Of a stretch of 64,000 bases of DNA, positions 19,260-30,720 are shown one piece after another. A program made the translations under genes and the position numbers. The DNA is from Macrostomum lignano (taxonomy: Eukaryota): contig NIVC01000077.1 of NCBI GenBank assembly GCA_002269645.1, forward strand, positions 186,001-250,000, given 5' to 3'. Within the stretch, counting starts at the first letter, position 1. The number at the start of each line of letters is the position of its first letter. The notes beneath the pieces were generated by a model. The model was not told where the DNA came from and searched no databases. It saw only the letters and a program-made list of their open reading frames with translations.

Positions 19260-20261
19260 TGAGGTGGGGGTGGAGAAGAATTTTCTTGGAAACTCTCGGT
19301 TTCAAAAATTTGCTGACACCAGTGAGGTGGGGCGGATTCCTCGTTTGAATTGCCGCCTGCGTTGTAGAAGCACGAATAAAGCCGGAAAAATGCACAAATT
19401 GATGCGTTGATTCTTCTCCTAGGTTACTCCGTCTGCCGGGTCCTCAATTCCGGGGGGAGGGTAGTCGTAATCGCAGTCGAGCGGTCTAGTAGCGGCCCGG
19501 GTCGTTCAAATTAGGTCCTCAGACACCGTAAACTCGTAGTTCGTCGAATATGCTCGTTTGGTTACTAACAGTAGTAAAGTAGCGCTGCCACCACCGTAAA
19601 TGTCGTTTTACGGAACGTTTAGGGTCTCAGAGCTTTCTTTGAGATGAGACTGATTGGTTATTTTACGCCCCGCGGGCAAATGACTCAATAGAAACTAAAG
19701 GCTTCGATTCTGAACAACTGAATGAATATTAAATGTTGGCGAACTGTATTAATTATGGTTGCGTTATTATTATTGTTATCATTACTTATTGTTACTACGC
19801 GAGATGATCAGAGACAGGAACAGAAGAAAAGGCGAAATTAAGAACTAAAACTAACTAAACTAAAACAAACAGTACAACACACACACACTAAAACTAACAA
19901 ACAAAAGAAAAAACTAAAAAACAAAACTAAAGGAAAAATGACTCCAGAGAAGACTCAAATAAATAACATTTTGGCGGGAAGGATCCCAGGGGTGGGACGA
20001 AGGATGGGACAAGGGAAGGGACAACGAAAGGAAAAAGGAAAACCCGGCCGCTGGAAACATTAAAACAACAGGGGCCAAGGGAGGGAACAGAAAAGGGAAC
20101 AGACGAGGGAGCAAGGGCGGGAACAACCGGGGGAACAAACCAGGGGACAAAAATTGAAAAAAAATGACGTCAATCCGTCCGTGGAACTGGGTGGAATGTC
20201 CCGCCGGTGTTCGCGCTAGAGGCCTGCCGTCGTTCTCCCAGTGGTAGACCGGCCTACCACA
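19260..20261 (-). repeat. 3' LTR (1002 bp)
   Basis: Direct repeat of 28403-29405; only one substitution and one homopolymer indel noticed by eye. Confidence 0.95.
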
Positions 20262-20313
20262 GGCGCGGGGGCGCCGGGGCGAACGGCAGCAGACAGACGA
20301 ACTCCCGGACGTC

Positions 20314-20880
20314 TCAGTGGCGGCGGTCCTGCTTCGCCGGCCGGCCTCGGCGAGCAGGGGCGTTCGGATCTGACGGCGGCGAGCTTGCGACGCGTGCCTG
20401 CTGGCTCAGCTGGAGATTGAGCAGCTGCAGGCGCTGCCCGTCAAAAAAGAGCCGCTCCGGGCGCCTCTCGATGGCGACCTCCCAGAAGTGGCGAACTTCG
20501 GGCAGCCATCCGCTCTGGAGGTGGCCCGCCTCCCAGTACGCCAGAACAATGAATAAGGCGAGGGCAGGCCGAGGCCGTCCGCCTTCGCGGAAGCAGGTAT
20601 CAGCGCGCCGCAGCGTTTCATCGAGAAGCTCCCGCGTGGTCGTGGGCGGCATCTCGCGGCAGAGTGTCCGCCATGGGGCGTCCACTTGAACGCGGCCCTT
20701 GTCGGCCGCCTGGTGGTAGGCCTCGTTGAGCGCGCGGCGAAGCTGTTCACGGGCCGGGGCCGCACCGCTCGGGGCATAAGCCAAGGCTCGCAAGGTGTCT
20801 GACTCGCTCGACGATAGCCAGGGCGCTTGCAAAAGGAGGTCCGGCGAGGCACCAGCGCTGTCGGTCCCGTTGTTTGCCAT
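20314..20880 (-). CDS. Extra sense ORF3 of the Gypsy element (188 aa, not env-like)
   Basis: GC-rich ORF between IN and the 3' LTR, helical composition, no signal peptide or TM. Confidence 0.55.
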   Translation of the reverse strand: MANNGTDSAGASPDLLLQAPWLSSSESDTLRALAYAPSGAAPAREQLRRALNEAYHQAADKGRVQVDAPWRTLCREMPPTTTRELLDETLRRADTCFREGGRPRPALALFIVLAYWEAGHLQSGWLPEVRHFWEVAIERRPERLFFDGQRLQLLNLQLSQQARVASSPPSDPNAPARRGRPAKQDRRH

Positions 20881-21804
20881 ATTCGAAGCGGCGGAGCGTG
20901 ATGCGACAGTCCGAAATATTCAGTCGGCAGGTCGGATCAACAGAATTGGAGAAAATAAAATTGAAGATGGCTCCTTAAATAGGGCGCAAAATATTCCAAC
21001 TGGTGGAATTCCAAACCAACCAGAGGAAATAAAATTCAACCACTGGAATTGAGCCATCACCCCCGTGCACTCTAAGGTGGCACACAGAGTTGGGGTGGGC
21101 GCATGAATCAAGGAGTCATAAAATAGATAACCGCGCGGCAGGGGTCCAAAATCAGAATGAATGAATGGGGGCGCCTCACACGGCTCACAAACAGGTTGGC
21201 GGTTAGAGAGAGGGGGGGCTGAACAATCGCATAAACAGTAGTTTAGAAAATAGTAAGAACATAGGTAGTTCCTAAAAATTAGAATAGCAGATAGATACAG
21301 GCATAGTGACCGAGTTAGAATTTGGGATCTCCATAAGGAGTTACACAAAACGGCAAAAGGCACTGGGAAGGGGCTGGACAGGCGCCCTTACAAATTTTCC
21401 CAGGCTCGGCTCGGTCAGAACAAAGAAAATGGGGGCCGTTCACCTCAGATGCCCTCCGCTGAGGACAAGGCCTAGAGCCAGGGTGGCTAGACCTGAGCGG
21501 GGCAAACGACTGGGACACCAGAGCAACATTGGCTTGCAAAATTAAAAGATACCTTCAGCCACAAGCAAGGACTGCAAGGTTACAACTGAAATAAACTTCG
21601 CAAAGTTAATGACACGCAATTGAGCAAATTAATGAATCGCATGCGGATAAATAATTGTCGCGTAGGTGCTGGCTTTTCCCATCAAGCCTAAGGCTAAATA
21701 TCAGAGCGCAGAAGTGCGGGTCGCGTTGAATAAATATGAGCACCAATTGAGCAAGAGCACAATGTACAAAGGCTTTTGACCGGAAAGCGTAAGGAGCAGA
21801 AATT

Positions 21805-22260
21805 GGAAAAATTAGTTGCTTTTGCCCTCAAGCATAAGGAAAGTACAGAAAATTAGTTGCCTTTGCCCTCAAGCATAAGGAAAGTACATTGAGAAACACT
21901 GCTCCTGCCATCAAGCAAAAGGAAACGGACAGAAAAATTAGTTGCTTTTATCCCTCAAGCATAAGGAAAGTACAGAAAATTAGTTGCTTTTGCCCTCAAG
22001 CATAAGGAAAGTACAGAAAATAGTTGCTTTTGCCCTCAAGCATAAGGAAAGTACAGAAATTAATTGCTTTTGCCCTCAAGCATAAGGAAAGTACAGAAAT
22101 GAGTTGCTTTTATCCCTCAAGCATAAGGAAAGTACAGAAAATTAGTTGCAAAACTAACGCTTGCTTTTATCCCGAAAGCATAAGGAGAGCAAAATTACAG
22201 CAAATTTGACGCCTGCTTTTATCCCGAAAGCATAAGGAGAACAAAATTTGAAGGAATATT
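21805..22260. repeat. ~40-bp tandem repeat in the Gypsy pol-ORF3 spacer
   Basis: Repeated AAATTAGTTGCTTTTGCCCTCAAGCATAAGGAAAGTACAG units. Confidence 0.85.
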
Positions 22261-22406
22261 GAAAGTTGCTTTCAGCACAGAAAAGGTGCAGAGAAAGCTT
22301 ACAGCGAAATTTAATTCAGAACGCGTTCACAAACTTAACTACTCGTAGTAATGCGCAACGGTAATTTAACTATTAGGCGCAATAATATATCGCTGGTAAT
22401 TACCTT

Positions 22407-25400
22407 TTAGAGCTCCATCTCCATGCCGATGTCAGGCAAGTCCGGGTCGCCTTCGGCAAGCACCTCCGGGTGGCGCAAGCTGGGCTCGAACAGCTGACTG
22501 CCTCGCAGGTCAGGCTGAACTGTGGCCGGCTGCTCTGGCGCGGGCTGATCGGCTGGGTCGACTTCGCTGTCTTCGCTCGACTCATAGGGCAGCATTGGCC
22601 GCTCTGTCTGGCGCGGCGGCTCCTGTGGTCGATCTGCCATCATCTGCGGCACCTTGATGATGTTGTTACGATGAACTAGCATTTCAGCTGGGCGTCCACG
22701 GCGGGCTGTCGCTGGCTTGATCCAATACGCCACTTCTCCGACTTTCCTGGCGACCTTGTACATACTCTTGTACGGCCGGTGGAACTTGGGCAGCTCTCCC
22801 AGTTCGAGCTTCGGGTTGGCCAGGCAGACCAAGTCTCCGGGCTGCAGCTCCACGGGCTTTGGCCGGTTCTCGTAGTACTCCTCTCGGCGCTGGATCTCGG
22901 TTCTCAGTCGCTGTCGCACAATTCGTTCTGTCTCGGCCAGTCTGCGCTGATGTTTGGCAATGTACTCCGGGAGGTCAGCTGATACATCCAGTCGGTCTAG
23001 GGTGTTATCGATCGGATACCGGTAGGGCACTCCGTAGATGACATAATGCGGCGAGAACCCGGTTGTACGATTGACTGCTGATCTTAGAGCTGTTAAAGCA
23101 GCTGGCAACATCTTGTCCCATTGCTGATGGTCTTCTAGGAGACAGGTGAGCACCTTCTTGATGTTCTTATTGCACGACTCAGCTTGTCCATTGGCCCATG
23201 GCGAATACGGCGGCGTCGTGGTCTGCCGGATGCCGTAAACTTCGCAGAAGTGCCGGAACTCGTGTCCTGTGAACTGTTTCCCTTGATCGGAGTGAATCCA
23301 TGCCGGGATTCCGGTGATCGGAAACACTTGTTCCTGCAGGAGCGTTATAATGGTCTTGGCCCGCTGATTCTTCATGGCGAAAGCGAAGGGGTATTTCGAC
23401 GTAGTGTCGACGTAGGTCAAGATGCACTTGTTTCCTCGGTCCGTCGGGTCTCCAGTGGGGCCCAGGATGTCGATCGCACATCGCCCATAGATTTCACAGA
23501 CCGGAAACGATTGTACATGCGCCGGAATTCGTCGCCGTCCTTTGCTCTGAGTGCAGGTCTGGCAGGAAGCGACATAGTCGGACACTGCCTTGGCCAGGGC
23601 AGGTCGCCAGAACCTTTCGCGCACCTTCGCGATGGTGAGGTCTCGGCCCATGTGTCCGCAGTAGGGTGAACCGTGGAGGTCGGCGAACACCGTGGCGTCG
23701 AGGCTCTTCGGCAGGACGATCCGCGCCGTTTCCTCCTCGCCAAGATCGTCGAAATGAATTACCAGTAGTCCATCATCTCGGACTTCGAGCTGCTCGTAGA
23801 ACGCTAGTAAGTTTCGTTCGTCTCGTGTCATATTCAAACGCTGATTCAGCGGCGGCTTCGGCTGTCGGCTTTCCAAAAGGTTGATCATCATGGCGATGGC
23901 AGAGTCAGCACGCTGGTGAGTCTGGAGCTCCTCACGTGTGACTGGCCTCGGGATGTGATCAGTTAGATTCAATGATGAACGTCGATTAGTCAAATTAGTC
24001 GGCGCGGCTTCGGCTGTGGCGGCATGGTTCGGGGTCTGGAGCTCCCTCCGCACGATCGCTACTCTGGCCGGTTGCCGGGTCGTTGATGTGCCCGAAGGTC
24101 GATCCTCGTCGGTAGCTTCGGCGTCACTATTGTCGGATTCAGATCGGTCAGCAGTTGATGATGAGTCAGCAGAGCTGTCCGCGTCGCTGCTGAATCTCAC
24201 CTTCTTCTCAAACTTCGGGCAGCGAGCGAGTTGGCAGCTGTCCTCTCTGGCTGCGCTGTGGTCGCTGTCCGTGCCGTCTCCAGCTAGTAGTCGGCGGCTC
24301 CTTGACGGGCAACATGTCGTGCTACTAAAACCGGTAGGCGACCTCTGCGAGTCATCGTAACGGCTGGCTGATGGCCTCGGTTTCGTCGCCGGCGGGTGCA
24401 GCTCTGTCAGCGGCTTGCTGTCGGCTGTAGGTGTTGCTGGCGGCGTAGCCTCGCCGTTGGACTCCTTCGGCTTAGTCGGCGGTTTCCGTCGCTTACGGCG
24501 GGTCGACGGCTTCTTGCTCGGTGGAGGACTAGGGTGGCTGCTGTCGTGGACCTTCGGCGCCGCTGCGCCAGTTATCGCGGCTGGCTGCTTACTTTGGTCC
24601 TCATCAGCTGCCTCGCGCTGAGCCTCCTCCAAGCATTCGGCGTCGTCCTCCGGCCGTCTCGAGAGACCGTCGGCGTTTTGATGCTGACTCGATTTGCGAT
24701 GCTGGATCTCGAACTCAAATTCACTTAGCCGCTGTAGCCATCGTCCAAAGATGCCTACTTGTTGAGTTCGCCGGAGAATCCAGGTCAACGCTGCATGGTC
24801 GGTTCGACAAATGAACTTCTTGGCCAGCAGGTAGAAGCGGAAGTGTCGCATGCCATCTACGACTGCCAAGAGTTCTTGCTTAGTAATTGGATATCGGGCT
24901 TCAGCCGGTTTAAGTCGTCGGGAGAAATAGCCGATTGGGCGCTCGATCCCGTCAGCTTGGCGTTGGCTCAGGCAGGCTCCGATTCTGGTCGCAGAAGCAT
25001 CCGTGTCCAGGATAAACATTACTTCCGGATCCTCGCTGAACTGCGGATACGCGAGCACTGATGTCGAAGTCATGGCCGCTTTGAGCTGATCGAACGCGTC
25101 TTGCTGGGCTTTTCCCCATAGACAATTGAAATTTCTAATCTTCTTTTCCTTGATCAAGTCGTGGAGCGGAGCTGCAAGTTCTGCATAGCCAGGTACAAAT
25201 TTTGCATAGTAAGCGCACGTGCAGACAAAACTTTTAAGTTGTCGAGCTGTTCTTGGTCTTGGCCAGGTCTGAATAGCCTCGATCTTCGCCGGATCGGTCT
25301 TGATGCCGTCCTTAGTAACTACATGTCCCAGATAGTTTAGACTTGCCCGAAATAAATGGCACTTCCTGCCTTTGAACTTTAAGTTGGCCTCTTGAATTCG

Positions 25401-26994
25401 CTTAAATACTTCCTCCATATGCAGTAGATGGTCATTAAATTTCTTAGAATAGACGATTACGTCATCCAGATAGGCTATTGCACTTTTGTAGGCGATCCCG
25501 TTGAGCACAGCGTTCATGAGGCGCATGAAGCTGGCTGGCGCCGAACTTAATCCCATAGGCATCACATTGTAGGCGAATTGTCCGCGGTGCAGCGTGGCAA
25601 AGGCCGTCAGATCTTGATCCTCTGGACGCAGTGGAATCTGATAGTAGCCGCTGTTCAAGTCGAACGTGCTGAATAGCTGGCTTCCTTCGAGGCTAGCGAA
25701 CGCTTCCTGGATGTTCGGTATCGGGTACGGAAAGTACTCGCACTTTTGGTTCAGACTCCTGAAGTCTTGTACAATTCTCAGGCTGCCGTCCTTCTTCGGG
25801 ATGATCACCAGCGGGGTGTTGTAGCTGGAGAAACTCGGTCTAATCACGCCTTTGGCAAGCAGATCGTCAAGCAGCTGGTCCACCTTGGGCAGCAAATGCG
25901 GCGGAATCCTTCGGGTCGGCAGATGTACAGGATCCTTGTCCTTCAACACGATGTTGTGGGTGACCAGGTGGGTTCGGCCGAGATCGTGTGGTCCCTGCGA
26001 GAAGATGGTCTTGTACTTCTTCAATAGCTCGATGACTTGAGTGCGCTGGTCATTGGACAAGTCCTCGCCGATGTCGATCTCTTTGATCCAAGCGTCAGGA
26101 TCTTCGTCTTGAACTTGATTAACTGAAGCTTCTGGCTTCGGCAGCGGAAAGAATTGTAACTCGGGCAGTCTGATTGGTCTCGCTATCCCGACTAGGGCAT
26201 TCGCTCGCACTTTGATGGATGTAGTGCCTCGATTGATCATTTCAATGGCGCCTTCTCCATTGGCCATAGATATTAGGGCAGGCGCGGCGTCCAGTTGCTG
26301 CACATCTTCTTCACGCCGAGCCGGTTTTAGCGGCTCGATCACAGCGGGTGTGCCCTGGTTTTCTTCTCGTCCTTTTGCTAGTTTAATCTTGATTCGGGCT
26401 GATGATAACGGCGGCACGGTTGTGCTCTCAGCCGTGTAGATTCTGCACGTAGTAGCTTCGGTTCGCGTATAGCGCAGTGGTGCGGCAGTGCCATCCTTGA
26501 AAAACAGCATCCCGGCGGCGAGTCCAGTGATGTACTGTACTTCTCCAGGAACTCGAAGCCCAGGATGTTGTCATGAGATCCCTTCGCTAGCAGGAACTTG
26601 ACTGTAGGCTCGAAACTCCAATTTTAACTTTGATTGATAGTTGGCCTGCCATTTGAATAGGCTCTCCATTGTAGGTCACAATGCGTTGCAGGCAGGGCTC
26701 GATTTGGCCACGCAGGGTCGGGTCATCGGTACATAGTCGGTGCCAGGTGCTGAATCCTAGGACTTCGCACTTGGAGCCGGTGTCAAGCAGAAAAGCAAAA
26801 TAACGACCCTGAATCTCACCAGTTAGAAACGGATCCCTTCGGGGTCGCTTGGGTGCAGAGTTATGTACAGGTGCAGCGGAGGCGGTCTCAGCAGTGGCCT
26901 GCTGAGCGACTAAAGTCCTCGGCGGGGACCTTAGTGCTGGCTCGGCTGCTGGATGGCGCTGCCCCCGTTGGCGCGTCCAGCCGTCCCGTTTCCC
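22407..26994 (-). CDS. pol: Gypsy pol (PR-RT-RNaseH-IN); two apparent 1-bp deletions in the protease region (~26530, ~26610)
   Basis: LLDTGS protease; YLDD RT; LDTDASA..ELLAVV..TDH RNase H; H..H..C..C and D/D/E integrase motifs. Confidence 0.95.
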
Positions 26995-28334
26995 GAGCTG
27001 CCATTGCGCTGGGGCGCGGTGCTGGCCGACCGCCGGTGCGGGCACTCATCGGCGCGGTGCTCGCAATTGCACCTGTAACACATAGCGCTCTGTCGCCGCA
27101 GCTGATAGGGCGGCGGGCGTGAACCCGACTGTTGCTGCCGCTGCGGCTGCTGCTGCTGCTGCTGTCTACGTTGACCTCCTGCTGGCGGCGTCCTTGGCGG
27201 CGGGTTGCTGCCGTCTCGTGGTTGCTGAAGTCGATGGAACTGCTCGTGCTGCACAATCCGTGTGCCGGGTGTCTTGAATTGGGCGCTCTCATCGGCGCTG
27301 CGGCGAGGAGTCGAGGGCACCATACATCTGTTGCGTTGGCCCCAAGAGTCCTGCGGCTGGTGGCGAGCAGATTCCCAATGCTCCTGGGTGTCGTTATTGC
27401 GCGATCCCAGCGAGTGGAACTCTCGCAGCTCATTGCTCAAAGCTTCTAGTAGACGTCGCTGCTCTTGCAGTGTCTCAGTTTGCTGTTCCATCACTTCACG
27501 CAACCAATTCTCCTCGGGCCGAGATGACTTGTCGTGTTGCACTCCAGTTGGTGACTGACCATTGTCATCCTCGAGGACCCGGACATGTCTCGCTGCTGGC
27601 GGCGGTGCTACCCTCTGAGCCAGGCTAGCTGCTGTCTCCAGGCGTAGCACAGCCCTTCTCGCTGCGGTCAGATTCTGCGGTCGCACCAGGATTAGCTGTT
27701 CTCTGGCTGACTGGGCAATTCGCACTCCCACGGTGAACTGGTCCACTAGTTCGGCCTGCTTCTGAACCGGGGTGAAGTGCGGGAACGCTCTATCGGCCAG
27801 AGCAATTAATCGATCGCCGTAGTCATCCACACTCTCATTCTTGCCTTGCTGGCAGCACCGGAATTGCTCACGGTACTCCAGCGTGTCGGCCACGTGCGTG
27901 AAGCGCTCGGACAATCTCTGCTTGAATTCGCCAAACGTCAGATTGTCCGGCAGTTCCATCCTGACGACTGCGGGATAGGTTGTGGCGATGTCCAAATTCA
28001 CTAGGACTTCCGCCTTCTTACGTCTGTCGTCCACGATCCCGTTGAGTTCGCAACGCTCCTCGAGAGCTTGGATCCAGACGTCAAAGTCCTGGTTCGGGGT
28101 GTACCGCTGAATCTTGACCGGTTTCGGCGCCGGAGCTCGGTCAGGCTGTTGGGGCGGCTGATACACGTGGTGATGGTGCTGCGGCTGTCCCAAGTTGGCC
28201 TGCTCCAGTCGCCGTCTCACCTCTTCGGTCACTGCTCGAATCATCTCGTCGTAGGTCGGCCTAGTAGTTGAGTTGTCGGGGCCCGCGGTGTCGGCTGTCG
28301 CATCCGCGGCCGTTGAGTTAGTTGTCGAAGCCAT
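26931..28334 (-). CDS. gag: Gypsy gag with CCHC knuckle (probable start MASTT)
   Basis: Retrotransposon gag-like core; CYRCNCEHRADEC zinc knuckle. Confidence 0.9.
   Translation of the reverse strand: MASTTNSTAADATADTAGPDNSTTRPTYDEMIRAVTEEVRRRLEQANLGQPQHHHHVYQPPQQPDRAPAPKPVKIQRYTPNQDFDVWIQALEERCELNGIVDDRRKKAEVLVNLDIATTYPAVVRMELPDNLTFGEFKQRLSERFTHVADTLEYREQFRCCQQGKNESVDDYGDRLIALADRAFPHFTPVQKQAELVDQFTVGVRIAQSAREQLILVRPQNLTAARRAVLRLETAASLAQRVAPPPAARHVRVLEDDNGQSPTGVQHDKSSRPEENWLREVMEQQTETLQEQRRLLEALSNELREFHSLGSRNNDTQEHWESARHQPQDSWGQRNRCMVPSTPRRSADESAQFKTPGTRIVQHEQFHRLQQPRDGSNPPPRTPPAGGQRRQQQQQQPQRQQQSGSRPPPYQLRRQSAMCYRCNCEHRADECPHRRSASTAPQRNGSSGNGTAGRANGGSAIQQPSQH
26948..26994 (-). promoter_or_regulatory. 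-1 ribosomal frameshift signal between gag and pol
   Basis: G GGA AAC in the gag frame, followed 6 nt later by a GCUGGA...UCCAGC stem; the -1 frame is open into the protease. Confidence 0.75.
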
Positions 28335-28380
28335 GACGTAAATTTTGAACGACTCGTTGAAAGGATTTCGGCGTTTCGTT

Positions 28381-28401
28381 ATCCCACTTAGCTGACCACC
28401 A
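28381..28401 (-). promoter_or_regulatory. Primer-binding site
   Basis: TGGTGGTCAGCTAAGTGGGAT next to the 5' LTR, complementary to a tRNA-like 3' end (..AUCCCAC..CCA); tRNA identity not determined. Confidence 0.7.
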
Positions 28402-28402
28402 A

Positions 28403-29405
28403 TGAGGTGGGGGTGGAGAAGAATTTTCTTGGAAACTCTCGGTTTCAAAAATTTGCTGACACCAGTGAGGTGGGGCGGATTCCTCGTTTGAATTGCCGCC
28501 TGCGTTGTAGAAGCACGAATAAAGCCGGAAAAATGCACAAATTGATGCGTTGATTCTTCTCCTAGGTTACTCCGTCTGCCGGGTCCTCAATTCCGGGGGG
28601 AGGGTAGTCGTAATCGCAGTCGAGCGGTCTAGTAGCGGCCCGGGTCGTTCAAATTAGGTCCTCAGACACCGTAAACTCGTAGTTCGTCGAATATGCTCGT
28701 TTGGTTACTAACAGTAGTAAAGTAGCGCTGCCACCACCGTAAATGTCGTTTTACGGAACGTTTAGGGTCTCAGAGCTTTCTTTGAGATGAGACTGATTGG
28801 TTATTTTACGCCCCGCGGGCAAATGACTCAATAGAAACTAAAGGCTTCGATTCTGAACAACTGAATGAATATTAAATGTTGGCGAACTGTATTAATTATG
28901 GTTGCGTTATTATTATTGTTATCATTACTTATTGTTACTACGCGAGATGATCAGAGACAGGAACAGAAGAAAAGGCGAAATTAAGAACTAAAACTAACTA
29001 AACTAAAACAAACAGTACAACACACACACACTAAAACTAACAAACAAAAGAAAAAACTAAAAAAACAAAACTAAAGGAAAAATGACTCCAGAGAAGACTC
29101 AAATAAATAACATTTTGGCGGGAAGGATCCCAGGGGTGGGACGAAGGATGGGACAAGGGAAGGGACAACGAAAGGAAAAAGGAAAACCCGGCCGCTGGAA
29201 ACATTAAAACAACAGGGGCCAAGGGAGGGAACAGAAAAGGGAACAGACGAGGGAGCAAGGGCGGGAACAACCGGGGGAACAAACCAGGGAACAAAAATTG
29301 AAAAAAAATGACGTCAATCCGTCCGTGGAACTGGGTGGAATGTCCCGCCGGTGTTCGCGCTAGAGGCCTGCCGTCGTTCTCCCAGTGGTAGACCGGCCTA
29401 CCACA
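28403..29405 (-). repeat. 5' LTR (1003 bp)
   Basis: Matches 19260-20261. Confidence 0.95.
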
Positions 29406-30229
29406 ATTGTATCTGCCTAGCACTCTCTAGTTTGTATGTATGCTTAGCCTTGGCTTCTTAAGAAAAGAAATATACATGGCTAAATGTTTGAAACCTATGG
29501 AATAGTGAGTAGGCCTACTTGGATAAGATATGGAAGGAAATATCCCGCAGTAATGCAGTTACCCTAGATATTGCAAGCCTTTCAATAAGCACTTAATTGT
29601 CAATTATTAGCTTTAGCTCAATCAAAATATCCTCTGACTTATTTAATTTCTACAATATGGCACCCAAACTAAATTCTAAAACCACATTAAAGTGAAATCA
29701 GGTAAAGTGGCTCACTTAATAAAAAGTAGATAAAATGATAAATAAAGTTCAATATTGACATTAAGTATTAGTTACTTATTTGAGTTGCCAATGCATTTCG
29801 TCTAATATTAGATATCCTTAGGGTCGAAATTTATTTGAACCAAATTGCAAAAATTAGGCCTATATATAGTGAGTGGAGAAAAGTATAAATTTATAAAAAT
29901 ATATAATTTTGATAGTTTAAAAGCTTGTACATATTAATTGAAAATAGAAGCCTTATTAGTATGGGGAGAGTACATGTCGGTTTCATTCCAGTCTGGTTGT
30001 TAGCAAGGTTAACTAAAATATTTAGAATTGACAGCTAGCCCCACCTATTGCAAGTTGATTATTTAACATGGGCTATCTCATTTTAATGTACAGGGCTTTT
30101 AAAAGTAGAGTATATGATCTCTATTGCAAAAATCAATAGCCTTAATCATCTCGTGTAGGTCAGCATCACAACAACTATTGCAAGTTAACAGGTATTTGTT
30201 AATGGCTAAGTTTTTTAGCCAGTGCTTTC

Positions 30230-30720
30230 TAGTCTCCAACCCTCGTGTACATGTGTCGTTTAGTTTCCAATATAGAAGATGCTCTGGTTGTCAGAGCAAA
30301 TAAATTTGTATATGACACTTGCCACAAGAGGATGAGGAACACTTGATTTAAGCCTGCAGACAAACTTAGCAACCTTTTCAGTGCAAAACACAACATGGAT
30401 TTGAGTTGTTTAAGTTTTGATAGAATAGTTTTTCAATCTTCTTTTTGAACTCAATAGATCAAACCCCAAAGAAAGTTAAAATGATCAAAGGACAATCAAA
30501 GGTAGATTCACAAACTTTCATCTAAGTAGGTTCAGTCAGTTTGTCACTAAGAAAAGTGTTAACAATTTTTAATACAAAGTTCCTAGGGTAGCCATTGTAG
30601 CTAAGCAAGTTGGTTAGTTGGTAACCAAGCTAAGCTAAAAACCAGTTAAGAACCTGATTTTGCTAAAAGCCATGACTGAATAGACTGTTATTGACTGAGT
30701 GAATGAGTTAAATATATTAC
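30230..30720 (-). pseudogene. Decayed Penelope-like retroelement fragment (RT C-terminal linker + GIY-YIG)
   Basis: Degenerate readings NGYPRNFVLKIVNTFL and KSSVP...VIYKFIC...FYIG, with stops. Confidence 0.6.

Larger units (their letters stand above)
19260..29405 (-). mobile_element. Full-length Ty3/Gypsy LTR retrotransposon, recent insertion
   Basis: TG..CA LTRs 19260-20261 and 28403-29405, near identical; 4-bp TSD ATTG (19256-59, 29406-09); gag-PR-RT-RH-IN order. Confidence 0.97.

Noticed and set aside
20207-28271. Numerous plus-strand ORFs within the Gypsy element
   Set aside because: Antisense shadows of GC-rich gag/pol/ORF3 with no motifs
28335-28538. ORF-track N-terminal extension of gag
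   Set aside because: It runs through the LTR and PBS; the same reading occurs in the other LTR, and MASTT is the more plausible start
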